24,144 nucleotides of DNA from positions 1-24,144 of the IMG/VR virus record IMGVR_UViG_3300044448_003299; one strand, written 5' to 3'. This stretch comes from a virus. Lineage: Duplodnaviria > Caudoviricetes. The notes beneath the pieces were generated by a model. The model searched no databases and was not told the origin of the DNA. It worked only from the letters and a program-made list of their open reading frames with translations. Of this stretch, positions 17,427 through 24,144 are shown one piece after another; within the stretch, counting starts at the first letter, position 1, and the number at the start of each line of letters is the position of its first letter. The position numbers and the translations under genes were made by a program.

Positions 17427-18920
17427 TTAGTAACCTACTTGTGTTAATGTGTTATCTGATAATTCATATTTAAACTCTATGTAGTGAACATTATCTTCTG
17501 TTGAGTATATCTTAAAACTACCCTTATCTATAATTATTGGAACTAATTGACGGTTTCTAGGCCAAGGTAAATCAGAATAATTATGCTCAACTTCCTCTTC
17601 AATCCAAACTTGTGGTGAAACAACCAACTCCTCTAACCATATAGCCCAATCAGTTCTTAAAGGTTGTGAGAAAACAGATATTTTTTCTTTTCTTTCTGTC
17701 CATAAATTAGTTGTTGAATGTTCACCTAGGCTAACTCCAAAATGTTGACCTGCGCCTCTATCAAACCTTTGATTTTGCTCGTATGTTGTTTGCTCTAAGC
17801 CTATAGATTTCTTTTTTGTTCCATAACAATGAAACCAATCAATACCACCTCTCATATTTTTAAAAACAAACTTTGTTCTTTTACCACATTTAGTATCACC
17901 CTTTTTTATATCAAGAGTTATTTTTGGACCACCTCTATATAATGCTGATGCCGTTCTAGTTTGGGTAGTAACCTCCATTCTATCTACTAATAAATTACCA
18001 CTTGCGTCTATCAAATAATTACCTGTGCCATAAGCAAAATTTATAAGCCATTCTACAAGTTGTAGGTTCAAACAAGTATAATATATTTCAGTAGCAGGGG
18101 TTGTTTGTGCTGCAAAAGCGTAAGGGTTTCCATAAACAGTATCTAAATTATAAGTAGCCCAAGCCCCTGTAGTTGCATTTCTGAACCTGTAAATATCTCT
18201 TTGATATTTATTTGATTGAAAATTCCAACCTTGGTTAATAAAGTTACAAAACCAACCGTCATTTATGTCTATATGATTGTATGGGCCAGGGTTGTCAGGC
18301 TCATCTAACTGTGTTATACCTGGCATATTTGATAAAAACCTATTATATTTTGCCCCTAAATAATCAATTTCCCCAAAAGTATTATCATAGTATGCCCCAT
18401 CAGCAGTTCCATTAACCCAAACATCTATTCTTGTTTTATTTCTATAGTCTAAACAAGTCATTTCATTGTTTTTAGTGTTTAGTTCTAAAACACCAAACTC
18501 TCTAGTATCTCTTGTATTATCTTCTTCTTCTACTATATTTCCAAACCCATCATTATAAACAGGCCATATTCTAAAATAAAAATCTCTTTGAAATTGAAAT
18601 TTTTGTTGAGAACTACTATAGGGCAATAACGCATCATCAACCACACAAGCAAGTTGATTAAACCAATTTTCACCAACCTCAAAATAATTCCTAACATATT
18701 CAGAAACATTAAATGAAAATATCTTAAAATCTGATTCGTGATAACCTTTAACAATAACACCTGTTTGAATCCAATCACCATCTTTGTTCTTTATCATCAT
18801 CTCGGCCTTAAAGTGAACAGCCCTTATATCATTACATCTAACACTAAAAACTATAGGCCTTTGACAGGTTACTAATCTTCCGTGTATATCGTGTTCTATT
18901 CCAAAACTTATTTCTGCCAT
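17427..18920 (-). CDS. Putative distal-tail-like virion protein, 497 aa
   Basis: C-terminal F.N..GG.DWF...LEEL..SPQVWI...PIII motif that I recognise from Bacteroidota phage tail genes preceding the hub. Coupled to the hub gene. Confidence 0.6.
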   Translation of the reverse strand: MAEISFGIEHDIHGRLVTCQRPIVFSVRCNDIRAVHFKAEMMIKNKDGDWIQTGVIVKGYHESDFKIFSFNVSEYVRNYFEVGENWFNQLACVVDDALLPYSSSQQKFQFQRDFYFRIWPVYNDGFGNIVEEEDNTRDTREFGVLELNTKNNEMTCLDYRNKTRIDVWVNGTADGAYYDNTFGEIDYLGAKYNRFLSNMPGITQLDEPDNPGPYNHIDINDGWFCNFINQGWNFQSNKYQRDIYRFRNATTGAWATYNLDTVYGNPYAFAAQTTPATEIYYTCLNLQLVEWLINFAYGTGNYLIDASGNLLVDRMEVTTQTRTASALYRGGPKITLDIKKGDTKCGKRTKFVFKNMRGGIDWFHCYGTKKKSIGLEQTTYEQNQRFDRGAGQHFGVSLGEHSTTNLWTERKEKISVFSQPLRTDWAIWLEELVVSPQVWIEEEVEHNYSDLPWPRNRQLVPIIIDKGSFKIYSTEDNVHYIEFKYELSDNTLTQVGY

Positions 18921-18922
18921 AA

Positions 18923-19294
18923 TTAAATATAATTTTTTAAACTTTTTAAATAAGGACCTAGACTTTCGTCAAATAGCATAAGCCAATCTGCAAACTTTCC
19001 TTGTGTTGTTATAAACTGCAAGGTACTACCTGAATTGTCAGTTGTTTTATCAGCGTCTTGGTTTTTTTTGTCCATTAAGGAATTAAGTTTGGCTAGAGTA
19101 GTAGAATCGGTTTTAAGTAAAACCTGCATTTGAGTTAGATTAAAATACCCCAAACTAATTTTACGCCCTTTCCAATCTTTAATTAATTCTATTAGTGGTA
19201 CTGTTGATCCTTTTCCTGGCTTCTCTCTGCTTTTTATAAATCTACTAACTATATTTAGATACAAAGTACAATTCTCTCCTTTAAATGATGCCAT
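18923..19294 (-). CDS. Hypothetical protein in tail operon, 123 aa
   Basis: Tightly packed (1-2 nt gaps). No recognisable motif. Confidence 0.75.
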   Translation of the reverse strand: MASFKGENCTLYLNIVSRFIKSREKPGKGSTVPLIELIKDWKGRKISLGYFNLTQMQVLLKTDSTTLAKLNSLMDKKNQDADKTTDNSGSTLQFITTQGKFADWLMLFDESLGPYLKSLKNYI

Positions 19295-19295
19295 A

Positions 19296-19787
19296 TTATC
19301 TTATTTTTTTATTTAATTGCTTTTCTGATGCTATAGCAATACTTTTAGTCATTGATTCTGTTATTATTGTATTTACCATACTAGTTACATTTGGCTCTAT
19401 TTCATCAAACCAACCTTTTTTCTTTGGATTACCTCTTTCATCCATTTTTTTTACAACGAAATAAGCCATTCTTTTAGCATCACTACCCTGCAAACCATAC
19501 TTGTTCTTAACCCAAGTAAGTATTTTTCCTAAATTAACTTTTCTACCTGCTGCAACACCCTTATTTAAGTAAGAACCTGCATCAGAATCAAATTCCCAAG
19601 TTAAATTTGCTCCATCCCATTGAGGTGTTTTTACTTCTATACTATCGGCAGTTGCTCCTGTAGTATCGTGAGGTAATATACCACCCCTACTTTTAGTTAA
19701 TCCTTTTTTTATCTCTTCAACAACTTTACTTTTTGAAGCTATAAAGTCTGCTATTATTCCTTGTATTATATTAGAATCTAAAGCCAT
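19296..19787 (-). CDS. Putative neck/tail completion protein (HK97 gp10-like)
   Basis: DTTGATADSI motif, basic, W..K.G.....MAYFV..K....G and terminal WF pattern. Confidence 0.55.
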   Translation of the reverse strand: MALDSNIIQGIIADFIASKSKVVEEIKKGLTKSRGGILPHDTTGATADSIEVKTPQWDGANLTWEFDSDAGSYLNKGVAAGRKVNLGKILTWVKNKYGLQGSDAKRMAYFVVKKMDERGNPKKKGWFDEIEPNVTSMVNTIITESMTKSIAIASEKQLNKKIR

Positions 19788-19789
19788 AA

Positions 19790-20347
19790 TTAAAATACTG
19801 AATAATCTATATTTTCATCATCAATACAAACCTCTTCCGTTACTCCATCAATCATAGTAGTTGTTGGACAAATCATATTTAATTGCCAAACTAAACTAGC
19901 CTTTACAACTATTAATTTATCATTAAACGATCCATAATCTCTATATAATGTTGAGTTTAAAACTCTATTATCACAACTATTAAAAGCAGAAATCATTTTC
20001 CATATTTTATAATCTAATCCTCCAAAATTTTGCTCTATAGTAAGTGCTTTAACATTACTATCAGAAATTAATCTACAAGCATATATATCAAAAGTCCAAT
20101 TAAAAATACCTTTATACATATCAACCATATCTGTTTTAGGATATGTTAAACTACACAAATCGTGTGCAACTGTATTATCGTGAGCAGTACCATCCCAAGC
20201 GGATGAGTAGTCTCCAAAATTTATATTGTGATCAAAGTTTATTTCTTCAGGTTTACCAAACATAAATGTTTTAAAATTACATATTCCTGATGATGTAGCG
20301 CAAGTCTTAATTAAATCGTGAAATTCATTTGTATATTCAAATGGCAT
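19790..20347 (-). CDS. Putative tail terminator-like protein
   Basis: Acidic 185-aa alpha/beta protein next to the gp10-like gene. Assignment mostly by context. Confidence 0.4.
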   Translation of the reverse strand: MPFEYTNEFHDLIKTCATSSGICNFKTFMFGKPEEINFDHNINFGDYSSAWDGTAHDNTVAHDLCSLTYPKTDMVDMYKGIFNWTFDIYACRLISDSNVKALTIEQNFGGLDYKIWKMISAFNSCDNRVLNSTLYRDYGSFNDKLIVVKASLVWQLNMICPTTTMIDGVTEEVCIDDENIDYSVF

Positions 20348-20349
20348 AT

Positions 20350-20649
20350 TTATTTATTTTTATATTTTTTACTTATTAATTCGTTATATAGTTTCTCATA
20401 AGAGTTAGTAGCACTTTTCCAACTTAAATATGTCATAATCTTTCCTAAATCACTCTTTAAAACACTTTCAAGAGGACTTTCATTTGGCATATTGAAAATA
20501 CCCTCTTTTGCAACATCATAAATACTATTTAACCACCCATAACCATCTATTGTTCCTTTTGCTGCGATTTTTGCAAGGTGGTCAGACGTTCCTTTTGAGA
20601 GATTAGGAAACTTGTCATTAACAAACTTTCTCGCTGAGTCAAAAAAAAA
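20350..20649 (-). CDS. -1 frame extension (gpT-like) of tail assembly chaperone
   Basis: No convincing own start. Entered by slippage on the T9 run (20649-20641). YGWLNSIYDVAK...IMTYLSWK motif. Confidence 0.8.
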   Translation of the reverse strand, partial: FFFDSARKFVNDKFPNLSKGTSDHLAKIAAKGTIDGYGWLNSIYDVAKEGIFNMPNESPLESVLKSDLGKIMTYLSWKSATNSYEKLYNELISKKYKNK

Positions 20650-21224
20650 CCAACATCCCAAACCGTTGCCATATCTAATTCTTTAAACATATTGGCTCGT
20701 TTATCTATTTCTTCATCAGATAATTGAGTCTCTCCCTCTTTTTTACATAAAATAGCAACTTGCTCAGGCATAACCTCTATTCTACCTTGCTCTAATTTTT
20801 TTGCGTTTAATTCTAATTGCTCTGCTTGAACATAATCACCAAAACTTAATTTAGAATAATCTCTGTTTGGTAAAAAATACTTTTCTCCATTAAAAGTAAA
20901 ATCATCTATATGTATTGGTTTATATTGTTTGCTTAAAAAAGCCAAATCTTTTAAACATTGAGCAACTTCATCTAAATCACACATACCAACCTCATCTTCA
21001 CTAATACCTGTCCAAAAAGAAACCATTTTAGTGTTAGATTTTAATGTGTCAAGAGTTACATACAAATCTTTAATATCATCTTTATCTTCATAAACCTCTT
21101 CTAATTCTTCTTTAGTTTTAAAAGATTTTGTTAAGTTATAAAATTCTAAAAATTTACTAAACTTAACTTCCTCCCATTTGTGAGGAATATCATACTCTTT
21201 TCCGTTTAATTCTACTTTTATCAT
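20547..21224 (-). CDS. Putative tail assembly chaperone (gpG-like), 225 aa
   Basis: Acidic; IP..WEEV.F..F and LSFGDYV motifs; ends VGFF followed by a short tail overlapping a -1 ORF. Confidence 0.75.
   Translation of the reverse strand: MIKVELNGKEYDIPHKWEEVKFSKFLEFYNLTKSFKTKEELEEVYEDKDDIKDLYVTLDTLKSNTKMVSFWTGISEDEVGMCDLDEVAQCLKDLAFLSKQYKPIHIDDFTFNGEKYFLPNRDYSKLSFGDYVQAEQLELNAKKLEQGRIEVMPEQVAILCKKEGETQLSDEEIDKRANMFKELDMATVWDVGFFLTQRESLLMTSFLISQKERLTTLQKSQQKEQ
20641..20651 (-). promoter_or_regulatory. Programmed -1 ribosomal frameshift site
   Basis: GGT TTT TTT TTG contains the slippery heptamer T TTT TTT in the correct frame. Confidence 0.8.
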
Positions 21225-21625
21225 TAATTTAAGTTTATTTTGTAGTAAGAATCACCCATTCTGTTATCAATCCTTACAAATTCCAAGTTTTCAAGAGTTT
21301 CTCCTACTAAATTGTTAAGTTTTTCTGTTGTGTCTATTAAATCCATTAAACTAACATCAATTAAGTGCATATAGCCAACAACAGCATAATAAACAGTCAT
21401 TGGTAGTTGATTTATCCATTTTTCAGTATAATCAGCCCCTAAAAAGGAAAAAATCACATCTTCATTACTTTTTCGCACTAATTCTTGCAAAACATTGATA
21501 AAAATGTCATAATCTTCATCTTTTTCTGTGATTTCATCAATATACTGCTGTATTTGCTCCAAAAAATGAACAATAATAAATTGATGAGTCTTATTCGCAC
21601 ACATTATTTCAATATCTTCATTCAT
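21224..21625 (-). CDS. Acidic helical hypothetical protein, 133 aa
   Basis: Start reassigned to ATG 21625 (track TTG 21634 lies inside the promoter). TAATG overlap with the chaperone gene. Confidence 0.75.
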   Translation of the reverse strand: MNEDIEIMCANKTHQFIIVHFLEQIQQYIDEITEKDEDYDIFINVLQELVRKSNEDVIFSFLGADYTEKWINQLPMTVYYAVVGYMHLIDVSLMDLIDTTEKLNNLVGETLENLEFVRIDNRMGDSYYKINLN

Positions 21626-21631
21626 AATGTG

Positions 21632-21663
21632 CAATAATAAGAAATTATCTACATTTTTTCAAC
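21632..21663 (-). promoter_or_regulatory. Bacteroidota-type promoter for tail operon
   Basis: GTTG (21663-21660)-N20-TATTATTG (21639-21632), 6 nt before ATG. Confidence 0.6.
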
Positions 21664-21679
21664 CCCCTTTTGGAACTTT

Positions 21680-23002
21680 CTATCCCCAAGCCAAAACCCT
21701 ATTGCCTTTTCCTAATAAATAATACATTCTCATCATTAAAGAATCTCCATAGTCAGGCGAGTGTCCTAGTATAGTTTTTATCTCTTTTTTAGATAAAATA
21801 GCAAGTTTTCCATCTAAATCCATATTTTTTCTTCTAACTACATCTAATTCTTCAATTATTCTATTTCTCAAGTCAATATCTTTACATTTAATCCAAACAT
21901 TACCAACATTTATCTGTTCTGCCAATTTATAATAGCATTGAGTCTTTAAATTTCTGTAATTTTCCTTTTTTAACGCCCTAGCGTTATTCATAAAAGCGGT
22001 TACTCCTTTCATATAGTGAGATAAGTATTGTCCAACACCATCAGAGTCAATAATTATATTTCTTCTATCTATTCCATATTTATCAGCAATAGACTTAATT
22101 AATGTTTCTATATTTTGTGCAGAACTTTTATCTTGAGTTATAATCTCTTCAACAACCATTCCTTTCCATCTTGTTATAACCATTTTATCACTTCCCATTA
22201 AAGCAACATCACAAGTAAGATATTGTTGTGATTTTTCATCAGTTTTAACTTCACTATTCTTAAAAACATTAAGTAATGCTTCATAATCAAATAATTTATC
22301 TTTTCCCTCGTCATATTCCCAATTACCGTGTAATAACCTTTCTCTTGACGCAGGATCAAGTTTTCTTAACTGCTCTTCATAAAATTCTGATATATGGGGG
22401 TTGTCCTGAAGTTTTGCCTGAATAAATTTTTGGTATGTAGGTAAAACACCGTCTCTCCATTGTTTGTAATAATCATAAACCCAATTTTTTGCAGGGTTAC
22501 AACTCATTAGCATTTTAGGTTTTAATTCATATCTATCTAAATTATACCTAATCCTAGAATTTACAACATTCTTTGCTTTTTCTGTAATTTGATTTGCTTC
22601 ATCAATAAAAGCCCCTGTTATCTCTAAAGAACCAAGACTATCAAAGTTTGGATCAGCAGGGTATTGATAAAGGTCCTTTAAAAGTATTTGGCTGCCATTT
22701 ACAAATTCAACAACATTAGATTGGGCGTTAAATTTATACTGCTCCCCCTTTTTAATACCCCAATCGGAGCAGACGGAAAAAAATGAATTTAGGGTAGTTT
22801 CTTTCAGAGTCTTTAAAACCGCTCTCCCCATCAACCATCTTGTCTCTGGGTATCTTAGGCAGGAATACAATAACCAAGCAGCTCCAAAATAAGATTTACC
22901 TCCACCTGCAGAACCACCAAAGAGTATTTCAGATGTTTCAATATCGTGCAAATACTCCCAAGCCTGATTTTGCTTTATGGTTGGAGTAAAGTCTATTTTC
23001 AT
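21680..23002 (-). CDS. terL: Terminase large subunit
   Basis: Walker A GGSAGGGKS, Walker B FIDEA, motif III SCNP, L.DNPH, nuclease CDVA..G.D, IDSDGVG, SPDYGDSLMM. Confidence 0.95.
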   Translation of the reverse strand: MKIDFTPTIKQNQAWEYLHDIETSEILFGGSAGGGKSYFGAAWLLYSCLRYPETRWLMGRAVLKTLKETTLNSFFSVCSDWGIKKGEQYKFNAQSNVVEFVNGSQILLKDLYQYPADPNFDSLGSLEITGAFIDEANQITEKAKNVVNSRIRYNLDRYELKPKMLMSCNPAKNWVYDYYKQWRDGVLPTYQKFIQAKLQDNPHISEFYEEQLRKLDPASRERLLHGNWEYDEGKDKLFDYEALLNVFKNSEVKTDEKSQQYLTCDVALMGSDKMVITRWKGMVVEEIITQDKSSAQNIETLIKSIADKYGIDRRNIIIDSDGVGQYLSHYMKGVTAFMNNARALKKENYRNLKTQCYYKLAEQINVGNVWIKCKDIDLRNRIIEELDVVRRKNMDLDGKLAILSKKEIKTILGHSPDYGDSLMMRMYYLLGKGNRVLAWG

Positions 23003-23086
23003 TTAATACTTTTTTCTTTTAGGTTTAACCTTTGGCTTTGGCTTTGGTTTAACTCTTTTTTTCTTTTTTTTATCTTCTATTTTCAT
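23003..23086 (-). CDS. Ultra-basic micropeptide, 27 aa
   Basis: Not in track: MKIEDKKKKKRVKPKPKPKVKPKRKKY*. ATGA overlap with the upstream gene; TAA directly abuts the terL ATG. Confidence 0.7.
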   Translation of the reverse strand: MKIEDKKKKKRVKPKPKPKVKPKRKKY

Positions 23087-23265
23087 TTCTTAAAAGGCCT
23101 GTTTGTCTTAATCTTTTTAAATAAATACTTAATTGGCAACTCCACAACATACTTCATTATAAAAAAAACTAAAAATAGTGGAGACAACCAAACTGTTGCG
23201 GTAATCCCAAATACTATTGATAACATTCCGTATTCATTATATAAATCTTTTATAAATTTCTTCAT
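23083..23265 (-). CDS. Small membrane protein, 60 aa
   Basis: Hydrophobic stretch of ~24 aa, basic C-tail, AT-rich leader AAAAATG. Confidence 0.7.
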   Translation of the reverse strand: MKKFIKDLYNEYGMLSIVFGITATVWLSPLFLVFFIMKYVVELPIKYLFKKIKTNRPFKK

Positions 23266-23355
23266 TTTTAAATTATTCTTAATTGTTCTTGATACTTAAT
23301 TTTATTTCTATTAACTTCGCCATTCTGTTGTTTTTCAGATACTCTTTTATGTTTT

Positions 23356-23390
23356 CAAATAAACTAAAATTGTTTTGCTTGTCAAAACAA
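23356..23390 (-). promoter_or_regulatory. Inverted repeat overlapping a candidate internal promoter (or weak terminator)
   Basis: TTGTTTTG-N5-CAAAACAA (23370-23390). Minus strand TTTG-N19-TTTATTTG, sharing TTGACAAG with the terS promoter. Confidence 0.45.
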
Positions 23391-23423
23391 CCTGTAAAAC
23401 TATTGAATGGGGGATAACTATAT

Positions 23424-23882
23424 TCAATCCTCTTTAACCTCTGGCTTATTATAATTAAATATAAAACCCTCTCCTCCACTAGTTACATCAACTCTATCTA
23501 TACTTATTCCTTTCATTTTTGCAATATCCTGTAATAATAATCTACATATATTCAAATCTCCACCCCTATAACCTTTTGTATAAAGATCATATAACATCAT
23601 AGTATGCTTATCAACTTCATATTGCTTTTCTTCATCAAACTGTTCCTTAAAATACTCTAAAGCCCTTTTATAATATATTGAAGCCTGTCTTTTTTTAATT
23701 CCCCAATTCTTATCACAATACTCAACTATGTCAGTATATCTAACTCCTTGAAGTATTAATCTAACCACCTCACTTGTCCTTTTATAAGCCTCTAACTTGG
23801 TTGCTTTACCCTCAAACTTAGTAGGTACTTTTTCAATCCCATTTTCTAAAATCTCCGTTTTTATCTCATCTTTTTCACTCAT
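23424..23882 (-). CDS. terS: Probable terminase small subunit
   Basis: N-terminal HTH-like segment, helical middle, C-terminal RVDVTSGGE typical of TerS tails; upstream of terL. Confidence 0.75.
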   Translation of the reverse strand: MSEKDEIKTEILENGIEKVPTKFEGKATKLEAYKRTSEVVRLILQGVRYTDIVEYCDKNWGIKKRQASIYYKRALEYFKEQFDEEKQYEVDKHTMMLYDLYTKGYRGGDLNICRLLLQDIAKMKGISIDRVDVTSGGEGFIFNYNKPEVKED

Positions 23883-23888
23883 AAATCT

Positions 23889-23997
23889 TGTGCATAATTA
23901 ATTAAAAAAGCAAATATATAAAAAACAATCAAACTTGTCAAGAAATAAATTACACAATGTGCATAATAACTTGAGGGGGTAAATCTAGTGTGAATAC
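23889..23997 (-). promoter_or_regulatory. Cluster of co-oriented DnaA boxes
   Basis: TTATGCACA (exact TTWTNCACA) at 23897-23889 and 23966-23958; GTATTCACA (1 mismatch) at 23997-23989. Confidence 0.65.
23911..23942 (-). promoter_or_regulatory. Bacteroidota-type promoter for terminase operon
   Basis: CTTG (23942-23939)-N20-TATATTTG (23918-23911); exact -7 consensus. Confidence 0.75.
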
Positions 23998-24144
23998 TAG
24001 CCTTAACAGATATATATTTTTTTTTTCGTAAATCAAAATTTTAATTTTAAAAACTTTTTTTTCAAAATGGAACTCTACTATTAGAAGTAAAATATAATGG
24101 ACCAGAGGGCTTAAAAAGTGGCTCTATGAGTGTGATATAATGTG

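Noticed and set aside
12078-18781. ORFs 12078-12302, 15077-15277, 16436-16639, 16890-17075, 16999-17187, 18533-18781
   Set aside because: Nested in the tail genes with no independent signals.
20650-20661. TTG start for the 103-aa ORF
   Set aside because: Better explained as the -1 frameshift extension of the upstream chaperone.
22946-23299. Plus-strand 117-aa Phe/Leu-rich ORF
   Set aside because: Antisense mirror of Lys-rich minus-strand genes that show tight translational coupling.
23463-23469. Slippery heptamer G GGT TTT near the terS 3' end
   Set aside because: The -1 frame hits TAA within three codons; the overlapping ORF is in the +1 frame.
23279-23479. 66-aa minus-strand ORF overlapping the terS end
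   Set aside because: GTG start inside terS; runs through inverted repeats and a promoter-like element. At most the last 14 codons (ATG 23323) are plausible.
1-24144. Stop-codon reassignment, CRISPR array, integrase/att, DGR, intron/intein
   Set aside because: Genes are full length and tightly packed in code 11 with TAA, TAG and TGA all used as stops. No spaced repeats, recombinase, reverse transcriptase or splicing motifs were seen.

Overview
AT-rich fragment of a tailed dsDNA phage genome with siphovirus-like tail genes. The host is most likely Bacteroidota/Flavobacteriia, inferred from TAnnTTTG-type promoters and AT-rich leaders lacking Shine-Dalgarno sites. A + strand replication/modification operon (219-6459) encodes an SSAP-like protein, a stand-alone DnaA domain IV-like protein, an SSB-like protein, an initiator with iterons, a Twinkle/T7 gp4-like primase-helicase, DUF3310, a C5 methyltransferase and RusA. 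It sits in opposite orientation inside a - strand morphogenesis region. That region runs terS, terL, a frameshifting chaperone pair, neck/tail genes, an 1861-aa tail-tip protein, the tape measure and three small genes. At the left edge it appears to resume with the first 18 codons of a ClpP-type prohead protease. Most interesting signals: (1) exact or one-mismatch DnaA boxes at three late promoters, alongside a phage-encoded DnaA DNA-binding domain; (2) a clear -1 frameshift site on a U9 run; (3) an unannotated 27-aa ultra-basic peptide in frame with and abutting terL; (4) an ~780-aa stalked domain inserted into the tail hub; (5) avoidance of TCGA/CCGG/ACGT but not GGCC next to a possibly multispecific methyltransferase. 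All family assignments come from motif recognition by eye; no database search was run.
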